In this document: positions 13,080-27,329 of the stretch, one piece after another
How the letters are laid out: each line of letters opens with the position of its first letter
How positions within the stretch are numbered: the first letter of the stretch is position 1
Notes under the pieces: model-generated
Databases searched by the model: none
What the model was told of the DNA's origin: nothing
Seen by the model: the letters and a program-made list of their open reading frames with translations, nothing else
Made by a program: the position numbers and the translations under genes
Source: Narcine bancroftii
Taxonomy: Eukaryota
Direction: 5' to 3'
DNA: 64,000 bases
NCBI RefSeq assembly: GCF_036971445.1
Contig: NC_091476.1
Coordinates: 10,664,001-10,728,000, forward strand

Positions 13080-13550
13080 ATATAACCATTTACAGCACAG
13101 TTTGGCCCTACTAGTCTGTGCCAAACATCATCTCCCTCCTCATTTGGCCCATAACCCTCCACACCTCTCCCGTCCATATACCTATCCTTGAATATTAACA
13201 TCCCTCTCACTTCTATTACCACTGCCGGAAGTTAGCTCCATACCCCCACCACCATCTGCGTGAAGAAATTTCCCCTTACCTTTCCCCTTTTACTCTCAAT
13301 CCATGCCCTCTTGTTTGAATCTTCCCCCCACTCTCAGTGGAAAAAGCCTATCCACATTGACTCTATCTGCCCCCCTTATAATTTTGAATACCTCTATAAA
13401 ATCACCCCTCAACCTTCTACACTCCAGAGAATGAAGCTCCAGCCTGCTCATCCTTTCCCTGTAACTCAAACCCTGAAACTCTGGCAACATTCTCGTAAAC
13501 CTACTCTGCGCTCTCTCTATACTGTTTATATCCTTCCTGTAATTCGATGA
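13080..13550 (-). mobile_element. CR1 LINE 3' fragment
   Basis: Minus-strand ORF LSYRERMSRLELHSLECRRLRGDFIEVFKII, the CR1 ORF2 C-terminus. Confidence 0.85.
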
Positions 13551-13837
13551 CTAAAACAAATCTGAATAACTAGCACGTTATTTTAATTTTGACATTAAGA
13601 TTGAAATCTCCAAATTACTACCAAAGTTGTTCTTTTAAAGTGAAAAATCACATGGGCATTTTATCCATAGGATGTTTGTGTGAATTTTCTCACCACTTTG
13701 CTCTGGATGCCAATAGCATGAATGTGAAATGACCTTCGCATTTAAAAAAAAAAGTTGGTCCTGCTTGTGAAATCTTAGTTCAAGTGGCCACTAGCAACCA
13801 GTTCTGCCTCTTAAAGTTTGTCACACATCAAGGTCTA

Positions 13838-14030
13838 CAGCAGCCATTCTCAACCTTTTTTGGCTTTTGCCCCTGAGGACCGCTCAATGTTTAGGGGCCC
13901 CTTTCCCTGTGAAGCAGTCAAGTTTTAGTTTCTTCTGTATGTCTCTCCTACATAAAAAAAAATTCATGTTATGTGAGATGAAAAAAAGGCTTTGACTTAA
14001 ATGTGCTGTTGGCCCCAGAAAGGGGGTGAG
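13838..14030. mobile_element. hAT-like DNA transposon terminal fragment
   Basis: Begins CAGCCATTCTCAACCTTTTT; no partner TIR identified. Confidence 0.4.
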
Positions 14031-14394
14031 GGGGTGGGGGTGTAGTTTGGTAGGATCTCTGTTGACAGTGGATGGACTACAGTGTCCCTGAGTGGCGCAG
14101 ATGATATTCCAAGACATGGCGCCACCATCAGTTACATTAAAAGCCAGAGATGGATTTGAATAATGGAAAGGATTTATCTTGGACATGAGTGGATTAAGTG
14201 TAACAAATCTTCTGACTAGATGACTGGGAAGAAAGTGTAAATTTGTGAAAAGTTGAGAATTATTAGTACTGAATAAATCCAAAAAATATATCTACATTTT
14301 AAAAGGGAAGCCAGTCCAATTGGGCAAGTGCTGACCCCAGTTTACACCAATAAAAAAAATGCTGGATTTATTTAACATTTTAGCCTGGTATTTT

Positions 14395-14960
14395 AACCCC
14401 TTTCACACTTGCAAGTCATCCCAAAAATTAACGGCCAATTGACCTTTAAAGTGTCTAGTGTGAAAGCAAAATCAGCTCAACGCCAGAGTCAGATCACATC
14501 ATATCATGCCGGGAATCGATGGCCTCAACCCTCAGTACAATCCCCAGCATCTGTAGATGCCGGTGTTACAATCAGACAAGTGTGAAACAGGCAATTGCAT
14601 TGTGGGATTGAAATGATCCAAGTACTTGTGCAAGTGCAGGAATGTGAAGGAAGAAAAGATTAAACTTTATCATGGGAAAGTCACAGTGGGAGATAGAGAG
14701 GAAACAGATAACCATAAATAGGATAAATAGCAATAAGCGGACAATTTTTAAACAACGTGGGAAAATTGGTAACTCTATAGTGCCCAATTTATAAAGATCC
14801 TGGGAAAAGGCAATTGTGGACCCGACTTCCCAGAACCCCGTGCAGCAGAGAAACCATGCATCCATCCGGGCATACAGCCCTTTCTCTGCTGCATAGCATT
14901 CTGGGAAGGCAGGTCCGCCATCGTTTTTTTCCCCACGGGTCTGTTTCTATGCTGTACAAA
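14395..14960. mobile_element. PIF/Harbinger-like non-autonomous element, one end only
   Basis: Starts CCCCTTTCACACT, like the TIR of the element at 53161, with an internal GTGTGAAA subterminal repeat. Confidence 0.45.
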
Positions 14961-17174
14961 TTTCAATGAAATTAAACAGTAACTTAATAAGTAACTCAAT
15001 TTTAGCATGATTTAGAAATCAGTAATTAGAAGGATTAAATAAAAGTATTAAAAAATTCAATATGAATTATGAATGAAATGTAAGAATAATGCAATTAAAT
15101 GTTTCAAAATATCCTGTAAAAATGTTAAAGTACCTATTAAAATATGCACTAAATCAATGACATTCTGCACTGGAGAATCAAAATGATAGCTATGGTCTGA
15201 CTGGTAATACAATGATCAGACTGTTGGATTAGTAACCAAGTGATCTCGACTAACAATCCAGAAACCAGAGTTCCTGACACAGCAGCTAAATTTCAGTCTG
15301 GAATTTAAATAAAAAATAACCAGTGTTAGATAATGATGTCCATAAAAGTACTGAATTGTCAACAAAACCCATCTGATTCAACAGAGTTCTTTAGGTAAGG
15401 AAATCAACTTCAGGCCCAGAGCAATGAATCATAATGTGTCCTCTAAAAAATGTATTGTAGAATTAAATTTGCAGGGTTTGTTTCTATTTGTGTTTGTTAA
15501 TTAGGAATTCAGTTGCGGTAACTTGTACCTTTTGCTGACATCTTTGACCCAGTGGAATCTCTACAAACTTGACTTTCTATGGTGAGGAATCCTTTTGCAC
15601 ACAAGTGCGACTATGATTAAGTAGTCTTTTATGCACATTCTTTAATGCCTGAGATCCATTGATTCCCAATGGACAACAGTCTATTTCCATATTCATTACA
15701 TCCTGGCAATAAATATTGGCTTCAAATACATATTTAACACAAGTCCTAAAACCTCTTCTCTTTCCTCATCCAGCTTGTCTTGGTTCCTATTGGTGATTGT
15801 CTAGACTAAGATGCATTGCATTATAGAGTTACTTTCTGAGATTATAAAGCGCATGATTTACATGCTACTGATTGTGAGTTTGAATTGTTATAGCGCCACT
15901 CGAATTCTGTCCAAAATCATTCCTCCTTTCCATGTAAAATCTCAAAGCCGTTTCAACTCAATTTTCTATCCCAGTTGCACATGTACTACCATTCAAAGTT
16001 CATAGCTAGGAATGATATTTTGGCTGGCACGTGGTTAACGTGGCACGTCAGATCACATCATATCATGCCGGGGACAAATTGTTCACAAATAAAAACTGAA
16101 AGTGTTGGTTATACTCAGTAGGTCAGGAAGTGGAAGGAGAAATGGGATATCTGTCCATCCTGATCAAAACACAAGCTCTCATGCTGCATCCTGCTCAGTT
16201 TCTCTCTATCCTAGAGATCATATCCTTGCACAATAGTAAACAACTCCAAAATAATACTACTTGTCATGTGATACACTTTTAATCTAAAATTTGTTGGAGT
16301 GTGCTGCCTTTTCAACAAGGATTTGGTAACACTTCAAATTGCTAAAATGCATTAATGAAACACATAAATACTTGTATACAAAGCCATTAAACATTGACAG
16401 TTATCCTGTATGTACATGGGCATTTTGATAAAAGAATTCTATAATGTAATTAGTACATTTTGCACTTCTACCCAAATTTTTATACAACAGGGCACATGTC
16501 AACTTAAGTCATGAAACTGAATAAACCTGGTATGCCAACATTTTCCATATGATGAAGAAGCATCATTCAGAAAATATAACAAAGATTAATTTTGTGTGTC
16601 AAAGATGTATTGTTTCACAATACCTGACCATTAATCCCATCCATGTTCTTCAAGGTTTTCCATTAACTATTTAATTAAATTATTAATAAACCAATAGTTG
16701 TAGCTTCTGGCTTCATCTCTCTGCAGAGATGCAGGTCTTTGTAGCTTATTGTTGAATATTGCAATAATCCTGTTGTTCAGTGAACCCCGTGGTTCCCTTT
16801 CAGAGAGCACCATTGAGAGATGGCTTGTGAACATGAAAATTTTTTGATGCTAACTTGATTCGCTTTATAAGATGAACTTTTCCATGGTGCAGATGGTTAT
16901 TGGAAAGATGATCATGTTTAAAAGGGCATGAACATTAGGAAATGTATTCACATTGCAGTTGTCTAACACCTAGCTTCTATATAACCATATACGGAGCAGA
17001 AACAGGCCATGTTGGCCTTTCGAGTCCGCACCGGTTCACTGATTCTGTGCGCCCTCTTCAGGCATTGGTTCCGGTAGATCTCTTTTATACCTCCCTATAT
17101 TTATATCTCTCACTCCCCTATAGAGCTATAGATATATCTATATATAGATATAAAACATATTGCAGCAAGCTTTT

Positions 17175-17375
17175 TTTAAAAATTTAGACATACAGCAAGG
17201 TATCAGGGCATTTTGGCCCACGGGTCATTAACCTTCACCTCTGGTACTTTTTTTGAATGGTGGGAGGAAATCAGAGCTTCCAGAGAAAATCCACACAGAT
17301 ATGCGGAGAACATAAAAACTCCTTACAGACAGCATGGAATTCGAACCTAAGCCAGATCTCGATTGTTGGCTCTGT
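17175..17375 (-). mobile_element. V-SINE/HE1-like SINE
   Basis: aaatttagacatacagca tail plus the aaactccttacagacagc...ttcgaacc core. Confidence 0.75.
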
Positions 17376-17600
17376 AATGTTACATGATTATTTTGGGAAG
17401 AATTTGTTTTTACCTAAAGAGTCAAAATTTGAAATGTTGGTTCATTATGGAGGGAAGAAAGGTTTTATTTCTGAAATGTATAAATTATTGCAACAGAAAA
17501 TGCCCAAAATTGATTTGCATAAATCAAGACTTAAATGGGAGAAAGATTTGGGAGTTGATTTTGATAAGGACCATTGGAAAATAGTTTGTAACAATGAAGC
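17376..17600 (+). mobile_element. L1/Tx1-like ORF2 fragment
   Basis: Reads KGFISEMYKLL...RLKWEKDLG...WKIVC. Confidence 0.6.
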
Positions 17601-18649
17601 TTTAGTGTCTTAAAACTGATACTGAATATCAGTCAGTGATTTTTTAAAGACCAATTCAGATTCTGTTGTTTCACCTGAGAGTTTAAATAATCCCAAAATG
17701 TTTCCTATATTTCGAGTTGTGCAAGAGCCCTGGATCTCTATCCTGGTAATGGGATCTCCTGCTTTGTGCAGGACAGAACTATGGCAAAGAGTACTTTAAT
17801 ATGTTCACAGTTCCTCTGAAGTGAAGATATATTCATGGCATCTCAATTTTATCTTTCTTAAAAATATTTATTCACCCAAGCAGCTGGTCTCAAAATTTCA
17901 GCTTTTTTTAAAGTGCAATGGACTATGCTTTTCTTGATTCACATTTGACTCAAAACGCATCCAGTTCTTAAACAAGTTGACTTGAAGCTTTCAAGATGGG
18001 AATCAGACCAGTGCCTGCATACTTTAAAAGATGTTGCATTTCTGATTAACTTTGTATTGCCAGGAGAAGGGCTTTTTTCTGCAATTCTCATTGTGATGGT
18101 GACTCCTCCATATCTGATGCATAGGAAATGCAGTCAAACTATCTACAGTATTTTCAATGGCCTATGGATTTTAAATGGTTGTGGTTTCAGATCTTGATCT
18201 CCTTACAAATGCAAGGAGTAGGATGTGTGTTTCAGGGGTCTGATATTAATCAGCGAGCAGCATGGCTTTTCTAGAGTGACCTATTGAGAGAAACTAGGAT
18301 CTCAATGAAGAGAATCTTGGCCAAGCAAGTAACCATTAAAGGCAGAGTTTAATGTCCTTTGTAAATCAGACATTAGAATGAATATTAAATGTGGGAGCAT
18401 ATTAGTTCAATATTGTTTGCTGACCATTTTCTGGTACTTATTTACATGCAAGGAGAAACAGTTAATTAATTCTGTCTATACAGTTTTGAAGCCACCTGCT
18501 CCAAATTAGCAATTCTAACTTCAAAACTATAAAATAATTAGGCATCAAATAATTTCTCCATTCAGTGTTACAATTCACTGAAATTTGGTGTAATTAGTAA
18601 CATTTAACTATTTCTTGCAGTTTTAGAAACACAAAATCTGTTTAGTGAA

Positions 18650-20105
18650 CAGACCATCACTAGCTAATCCATTCTCACCCTCAGCCCCAATCCCCTGCTT
18701 TCTCCCCATAACCCTTGATACTTTGACTATTCAGATACCCATCAATCTCAAATATACCCAATGCCTTGGCCTGCACAGGCACCCTTGGTAGCAAATTCCA
18801 GAGGTTCGCCACTCTGTCTTAAAAAAAAATTCTTCTGCATTTGTTTTAAATGGGTGCCCTTCAATCCTGAAGTTGTTCCCTCTTGAGTATAGTCCAAGAG
18901 CAATCAAACATGCCTAATATGGTAATCTGTTCATTCCAGGAATCATATGAACCTTTTCTGCACTTTCTCCAAATGCCAGCTCATCCTTTCTTAAAATAAG
19001 GAACCCAAAACTGTACCTCTTACTCAAAGTGAGGTCTTAGCAGTGCCTCAAAAGCCTCAATGTTACATCCCTGCTCTTATATCCTATTCCCGTAGATATG
19101 AATGTCAACATTGCATTCCCCTTCTTCACCACCAACTCAACCTGGAGGTTAATCTTTAGGGTATCCTGCATGAGGATTCCCAAGTCTCTTTGCACCTCTG
19201 AATGTTGAAATTTCAGCCCATTCAAATAATAGTCAGCCCTCTTTTATTCCTTCTATCAAACTGCATGACCACACACTTTCTTAATTGTATTTAATTTGCC
19301 ACTTCTTTGCCCATTCTTGTAATCTATTCAAGACTCTCTGCAGCCACTCCATGTCCTCATCACTACCTATCTTGGTATCACCTGCAAACTTGACCACAAA
19401 GCCATTCATTAATTCTGCAATCCAAAACAATATGCAATGTGAAAAGAAGAGGCCCGAATACTAACCCCTGCAGAGCACTACAGGTAAACTGTAGCCAACT
19501 AGAATAGGATCCATTAATTCCCACTTTCTATTTCTTGCTGATCAGCCAATGCTCTACCCATGCTGGGATCATTCCTGTAATTCTATGGGCTCTCCACTCG
19601 TTAAGTGGCTTTTACGTGTCAAAGGCCTTTTGAAAATCCAAATATATGGCATCCACTACATCTCCTTTGTCTTGCCTGTTTCTTCAAAAATTTGTAGTAG
19701 GCTTGTCAGGCAAGACTTTCCCTTAGGGCCTATCTTGTCATGCACCTCCAGGTACTCCATAACCTCATCCTTGACAATCAACTCAAACTTCCCAACCATC
19801 GATGCTAGGCTAACAGGTCTATCATTCCCTTTCTGGTACCTTGCTCCCTTTTTAAATAGCAGAGTGACCTTTGCAATTTTCCAGAACCATGCCAGAATTC
19901 TTGGAAGATCATTACTAATGCTTTTACAATCTCTATAGCTATTTCTTTCAGAACTTGAGGGTGCATTCCATTTGTTGTGGGAGACTTATCTACCCTTAGA
20001 CCAGTCAGCTTTCCAAGCACCTTTGTGACTGCACTCGCCTCTCTTCCCTGACAACCTTGAAAGTCTGATATACTGCTAATGTCTTCCACAGTGAAGACTG
20101 TTGCA
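18650..20105 (-). mobile_element. CR1 LINE fragment, internally deleted
   Basis: Minus-strand ORFs DKSPTTNGMHPQVLKEIA and QRDLGILMQDTLK...KSRDVTLRL. Confidence 0.85.
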
Positions 20106-22419
20106 AAATGGGACCAGGGTTTTAAAGTTGAGAATTGTTCGTGAAGACAACCAATGTCAACAATATTAACATTTAAAGGAAAAAAAGGTTGAGGACAGGG
20201 AAAAAAAAATCAATTAGGTGAAATGTTATGTCATAAATAGCTGTCTATTTTAGGAAAGAGGGTAGTTTGATGGAAGTGAATTCTAGTATCTCTATATTCT
20301 CAATGCATTAGACCCATTGCAGTATCCATTACCCTACTTTGATAAGTCAATGCATTAAAAATAAAATGTGGGATCATTAGGTGATTGATTTCTATTAATT
20401 GCCTGGCTGATAGCTTCAGGATGAGAAAGAATCAATTCAGCCATCATCAGATGACATTTTTTATTGCTCCTAAACAATTTGGTTTCTCATGACCTTCTTC
20501 ATCAGTGGTCATCTGATTTAGAAATGGTAGCTTTACAGGAGAAGGTAAAAAGGGTTCATGTGAATCAAAACAATTTGCCATCATTTCATTCAGCTGGTGA
20601 TTTAAATAATGGCTTTTGAAAACTATTGAGGTGACATTTTATGTGAAATTAATATGCCTCAAATGTCAAGATGAGAAAAGTACTATCACCTTTAAATTTA
20701 TCATTCTCACCCTCCAAATGTCAGAAGATAAATAACATGGTCAGACTATTGCTGATGTTGTGTCTGATATATTTTGAGTTCAGACTTGATATTAGTATTT
20801 ATAGTTAACCTTCAATAATTGCATTCTGCCATCATTCTGTACACACAATTACACTATTCAGTATGATTACAGAACTTGGAAAGAAAATATACTGAAGTGG
20901 ATACTTGAACTGAATCACACATATTTTACTATGTAAGGCAATTCTGAGATGTCATTATCAATTATTTTTGTATATAGATAAAGCCTGTAATTTTTCAAAA
21001 TGCTTTTGATACAAATCATTCTTTTCAAAGACTATTTATCTTATTGACCATAGAAATCAAAGTCAATGGCCTGAAGCAATTGGACAATAGTTTCTAAGCT
21101 CTGATTTGTAAATGCATTCATACGAGAGTCTTATTTGAACACTTGATTGAAGTATTAAGCTGTAGGTCAGGTCAGATTTTCCCCCCCCCCCCCCATTGCT
21201 TGACTAATTTTCACTTCTCCTTTAGTACACTCACTAAGATATTGCTGTTCAGTCATATTTGAGAAATGCTGGAACAATAACAGCCCAAGTTCAAGAACTG
21301 TACTTTGGTATCTGGGTTTCCAAGTGTGAAATATATTTAAGAGACTAGACTCACAGGGAGCCATCACTTCACTAAAGTTACCTCCAGTGAAATGCAAAAG
21401 GAAATAAATAAATTGTCTTTATATAACATTTTTGGTAAGCTCCAGCCATCCCAAATATCTTTACAACTAATTAAGTTATTTTGAAATATGGTCTCTATTG
21501 CAACCAGTGCCTGCAGAGCAAATAGTAATAAATGACTAGATCAAATGTTTTAGAAGGTGCTGGAAGTTAAATATTGGTCAAAAATACTCCCTTCTCCTGT
21601 TTCTCATCTGATATTGTGGTGGCAGTAACATCTATCAGGGAACAGGTATACCTTGCTCTAAAATTTCATTGGTAAGGCAGTACTCTCTCAATCTAAATTA
21701 TGTCCTAGCCCAGAGTTCTCTTGATCAATATTAACAACTTCCAAAGTATATTTGGGGAATATTTTATTTTCTTCAAGTTTACACTAAAGAATTTACTGTT
21801 AAATTGTCCAATTACAGTGTTCCAATGTGTGAACAAGTTTGATAAAAACTGTTGGTTTCCAAAAGGGAAACTGTGATTTAATTTCAATGATGTGTCTTGC
21901 CCAAATTCTGACAATATTTAAAGCAAATCTCTTCACATAAACTAGCTTTTTCATTGCACCAATTGCAGGATTGTTGCAATGAAAAATAAATTAACATTGT
22001 CATTTAATTGACTTGGATATTGAAGCAGCTGCTTGTTAGCTGAGTGTTAACAATAATGTGAATGGCATTATATGTTGTAAAACAATGACAATATGCCCAA
22101 AGAAAAAGCAACGTACAAAGCTCTCCTCTTCAGAGGGATCCAGGGCTTACCATTATTTCAGGTTGGCATGCGGCACGTGATTTTCAATATTGGTTAATTC
22201 TTTGTGATTCAGGCATGAAGGTGGAATAATTATCTTGATACAGACTTTTGGGGATAAATTTTTTTTTTAAATTTACAATCACTACAGAATTACATGCATG
22301 TATGGAGACATAGATTTCTGAAAAAGATCAATGGAATACAAGGATCTGATATTATTATGCACACTATTATCTAAAGTATGCACAAATATATCATCTGTAC
22401 TTTAAACTCAAACTATGAA

Positions 22420-22850
22420 ATGCCCTTAGCAAGTAGGGTCCAGGAGAATCCCAAAGCATTTTATACATAAAATAGGAACAAGGCTATCTAGGGAAATGGT
22501 ACATCCACTTCAGGACAAAAGAGTGGAGTCAGGGGAAGTAGGCAAGGTCCTTTTTCAATACTTTGCATGTTGGTAAGGTCAGGGAGGAGTAGGTTGATAA
22601 ACCAAGGCATTACCAATAGTAAGGAGACGATGAGATGGAATCTATTCCAGGATATTGAAGGAAACAAGGAAAAGATTGCTAGGGCCTTGACTAGGGTATC
22701 AAAAGACCAGAGAAAAGCCAATGTTCCTTTGTTTAAGGTCAACCAAGATAATGTAAGAAACAAAGTGCCGGTGCACCTTATCGTTGGCGGGAACATTATC
22801 GGAGGAGATTTTTTAAGAACGGGATTTACATTTCAAAAAGCATAGTCTTA
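22420..22850 (+). mobile_element. Highly degenerate CR1 fragment
   Basis: ENPKAFYT and ANVPLFK-like CR1 ORF2 motifs. Confidence 0.5.
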
Positions 22851-25566
22851 TTCTGAATTGTCAGCGTGGGTTCGTGCGAGAGAGGTCCAGTCATAGTAAC
22901 TCATTGATGTGATCTGCAACAGGCTGGACATTTTTTTTAAAAATTCCATCTCTCCGACCATCTCCCCTGCCCTGCTAGATCCCATTACCCCCAACCCTGA
23001 ACTGCTTGCAAAATACACAGATAGATAGCTTGAGGATTCCTCCATCAGCCAGTCATCAGGCAAGTTGAGTTGGAAAGCTTTGAAGGGAAGAGAAGAGGAA
23101 CAGGAAGAATTTTAACTATCTTCCATATCGTGGGAAAAGGGTGGAACAGATATTATGGATTCACAGAAAGAAGAGGCATGAAATCAATCTTGATGTAGTT
23201 TGATGGCTTCAGAGTGGCAAGTTTGTCTGTCAAGAATAGTGTAGAACAGACTAGAAATCAATCAATGTTGGTGTACAATTTACATTATGTATGGAACATT
23301 GTCCATCAAGCCAACCCTGGACATAGCTCACATGAAATTTATTCTAATCTCAGAATCTGTTCTACTATTTAATTCAAGAGAAAGTTACAGTTACAATTTG
23401 AAAATTGTTTAAAGGTAAAAATTAGAAACCCATGATGTTCATAAATTCATAATTAACCCTGCTGCTGCATTTTCTAGTCCCCATTCTCCACCCTGAAGCT
23501 TAAGAGCAGACAATTCTGTTTAGTATTTGATTGTGTATTTTATTACTCATGTTTATTACCTCAACTTTTGCACACTAGGCAGCCATTTGGGTTTTCTGAG
23601 ATAATCTTTCATCTATATTTGGCTAAGTCCAAGACCCATTTACAAAATGCATTTCATGTTTCAATTTTCATGGAGGAAAATACCCAGTATTGAACAATAA
23701 GCCATTTCTCCCCCACCCCCAAAAAAATGTTTACTGTTATCACTGACAATAGAAAGATGGAATTCTGTCAATTTTTCATGCAAGATGGTTTTCCATTTTT
23801 CCCTGCACATTGAATCTGATGCTGCACAGATACCTCCAATGCAAATCGTAATAATTTTACAAGCACGAACAGGAGCTTCAGGAAAACATGTGCAGAATTG
23901 CCTCTTATTTAGACCTTTGCAACTTTTAAATTTCAGTGTGAAAGCATAATCTGTATTTGAGATGAAAAAGTGCACTGCATCTTTAATTGCTCGACATGAG
24001 TTAATGTACAAGTGACAGTCGATTAACACAATGTTTCGTACAGGTATTTATTTGGCTGGGATATGTCGTTGCTTCAGTTTACATCAGTAGCTTATTATTG
24101 GAGTTTTGACGGTATTTAATGAAATAGACAATGATGATGTAAACACTGGTGATTTTTAAACTTTACAATGTCTTTAAAAATCAAATAAAAAAATCCCTGT
24201 GAGCACCTTTGAATGTTTCAATGCTAACTCGAAGTGCTTCAAGTATTTTGATTGAACTTTAATTTCAGGTTCCATGCTGTTTCATTAATTGGCTTCTGAC
24301 AAAATACTTAATTGAGAAACACGAAGGTTCCATTGCAAAGGGATATATTGCTGAACTATGTTACACAGTATATTAACATGGATAAGGAGAACTGAGACCG
24401 CAGAAAGCCAGAATAGAAAAATGTTAGGAAAGATTGAAAAGCAAAGAGAAAGAAAACATTGGGATGGCTTATTTGTATGCTAGCTATTTAAGTAAATAAT
24501 TATAAATGTACAGAATCTGAAAAAAAATATAGCATCTGAGAAGTTAAATGTTCCTTTTGTGCACCCAAAATATTCGACCAACCTGAGCATCTCCACCAGT
24601 TCAGAAATTGAAAACAAAGATTTAGAATGAGTGAAGTTGACCACTTCAACTTGGGCTCCTACACAAAAAAAAAGTCTAGAAGAGGTTGAAAATGTCTCCA
24701 AGCACAGTAAAATTTGAGGGACGTGGATCCCATGGGCAACATCGTGTGCAAGCAGGAAGACTTTGAATGACTAATTTCTTCAAGGAATATTTCTTGTTCT
24801 TTGCACATTCTGTTAACCCTAAGTGCCACTCTGTGCTGTCAAATTTGGTGTAGAAAAGGTCAAGAAATACAATGAACCTCAGAAATAAAAAGAGAAATTC
24901 CAAATGGTTTCTAGAAATTTCCTCATTAATGACAGGGAAAACAGGTGTGTATAACTATGAAATATAAAAATATTCCACTGATAGACACGTGACACAATTT
25001 GCTCATCATTTTTTGCTCTGGTCAAAATGTGAAATGAAACCAACTTACAGAAATTGTTAATACATGGAAATTTAGAGATGAATTTTCTTTTCATTGTGGT
25101 TGCAAAGCTAAATGTATCAGAACTAGATGAGTTTAATGATTTAAACATGATTAAATGATGGTTTTATTATGAATTAATAAACAATGGGCACATCTCGGGA
25201 AAGCATGAAATTTCACACAACCAGCTTTTGAGAAAACTATAGCAGAACTGATGACACTTTAAAAAATTTTTTTAAAGTGCTACATGATTCAAAATTTATT
25301 TTATCCAGAACAAATCCTGTCAGTTATCATTGTCTAGTGAAATCATGCCAATTGTGAAACATTACCAGGTACTTCCAGACACAATCTATGCCATAGTATG
25401 CTCAGATCATTCCGCATCAGTGATGACTTTTGTTTTCAAACACACACAAAAATTCACTCTTGGAGAATGAACAACCTGGAGCAGATGCTTCATTGCACCT
25501 TTTGATCTTGCTCACAGTCTGAGGTTCTCCAGCAAACTTATTGGAAGAGCAAACCAAAGAAAGAAA

Positions 25567-25715
25567 GAGCAACAAACAATCTGCTGGAGGAATTCAGCTG
25601 GTTGAGCAAGAGTTAAAGCTTGAATCGTTCACAATCTTTTTTCTCCCCCTAACGTTGCTCGACCTGCTGAGTTCCTCCAGCAGATTATTTGTTGCTCCAG
25701 TTTCCAGCATCTGCG
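25567..25715. repeat. Foldback of Penelope-type terminal sequences
   Basis: Arms of about 43 bp at 25567-25609 and 25655-25697 are reverse complements with few mismatches. Confidence 0.65.
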
Positions 25716-26149
25716 GGCCTGCACGTCTCAAGTGAGGAAGAGTCTTGAGGTGGGAATCAACACGTCTTGGAGATCGTAGATATTGCAAACACTATAAACA
25801 TGTTCTTTAATCATTTTATTTGCTTGCAAGGCTCTTATACTGCTCTGAGTGGGCTACCTGGCCCCTCTCCTACACTCCCCAAGCATCGGACTTCCCTCTT
25901 CACACGCATCTCTCAAGAATTTTACCTCTAGACAAAGAGGGGGAGTCAGACTTAAAATGTGTCATATAGATGAGAAGAATTGGGCTGATTTATGTCAACA
26001 CTGTATGACTAATACAATAATTGTAAGATAAAGACTGGAACAATATAATTTTTTTTAATACTTTCGATACCTCACACCACAAAATTTAAATAAATTGAAA
26101 TCAGATCATGTGGCAAAGAGGTGGGAAGTTTTTTTTAAACATTCAACAT

Positions 26150-26770
26150 GGTGTTGTGATAAAGTCAGACCCTTCTGGCTGGAATTAGGAAATATTTAGA
26201 ATAACTTGCAGGAGTCCAATTTCCACAAGATCCAGAATTACTTTTATTAGGTAACATTATAGGATTAAAACCTAAATTGAAATTGAATAAATACCTTATA
26301 GTATTTGTTAAAATTGTATTAGCAGTGGCCAGAAAATGTAGTTGCTTGGAAATCTGATTCACACCCGAGTTTGGAACAGTGGAGTGGGGAAATGCACATT
26401 TGTGTTCCCCTCGAGAAAATTACCTATAATTTAGGGAAAAAAAAGATAATTTTTTACAAATTTGGTGCCCGTATCTACAAAACAAATTTAATTTTTATAA
26501 TGCGTGAAACCCCATTAATGATGAACTAGATAAGAATTTTAGACTAGATGGGTTTTAACATGTTCAACAGTTCATTCTCATTCCTTTCTCTTCTATTTTA
26601 ACATTTAACTGTGTATTTTCTTTTCTTTATCTTTTCTTGGGACTGTAGGGGGTGGGGTGGAGGGCCATTGGGGTATCATCATCATGTATTTGATAACATT
26701 ACATCTGTATTTTGAAATATATTTGAATCCATATATGGTTAAAAATTTTAAATAAAATATTCAAAGAAAA
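26150..26770 (+). mobile_element. L1/Tx1-like 3' end
   Basis: Reads FPQDPELLLLGNI..LAVARKC..PLEKITYNL..KIWCPYL, followed by an AT-rich 3' UTR with AATAAA. Confidence 0.7.
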
Positions 26771-27329
26771 TTTAGCCTCATTCTGTGGATCTGGAAGTTC
26801 TCTCCCTTACAGTCTCGATAGCTTTCTCTTTTCTCAAATTGCTCTGCAATGAAGCTTTAGCTATTGTGATTGTTTAAGTTCAGTCTAACTGGGAACCACA
26901 CAGTTTGTTCTTCAACACTTCTTTGTGGGTGTAAACCAGCCTAAAGGTTTTATTTCCTTATTGAGCGATACAATGTTTGTGAGAGACCCATTTGTTGGTA
27001 TAACAATTAAGATAGTATCGTGGTTAAATTACTAAATTAACAGCCAGTGGTCTGGACAGAGATTAAGCAAGAAGTCTACAGATGATTGAGAACTGGAACA
27101 ACATACAAAATGCTAGAGGAATGTAGCAGATCACACAACATCCATGGAAACCAATAACCAGTCAATGTTTCAAGCCTGATCCTTTTATCAGGGATGCCAA
27201 ATATCAGGAAAATATTCAAGTGATAGGTGAATAATGGTGATGGGATTGTCTGTAACCTCTGAATTAATCTATTCATTTTTCTTTGCATTTTCTCACAATT
27301 ACTTTCCCACTTCCTGTTTTATGATCCAA

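Noticed and set aside
22848-23063. 71-aa minus-strand ORF, possible retrocopy
   Set aside because: I could not assign it to any family; it lies next to degenerate LINE sequence.
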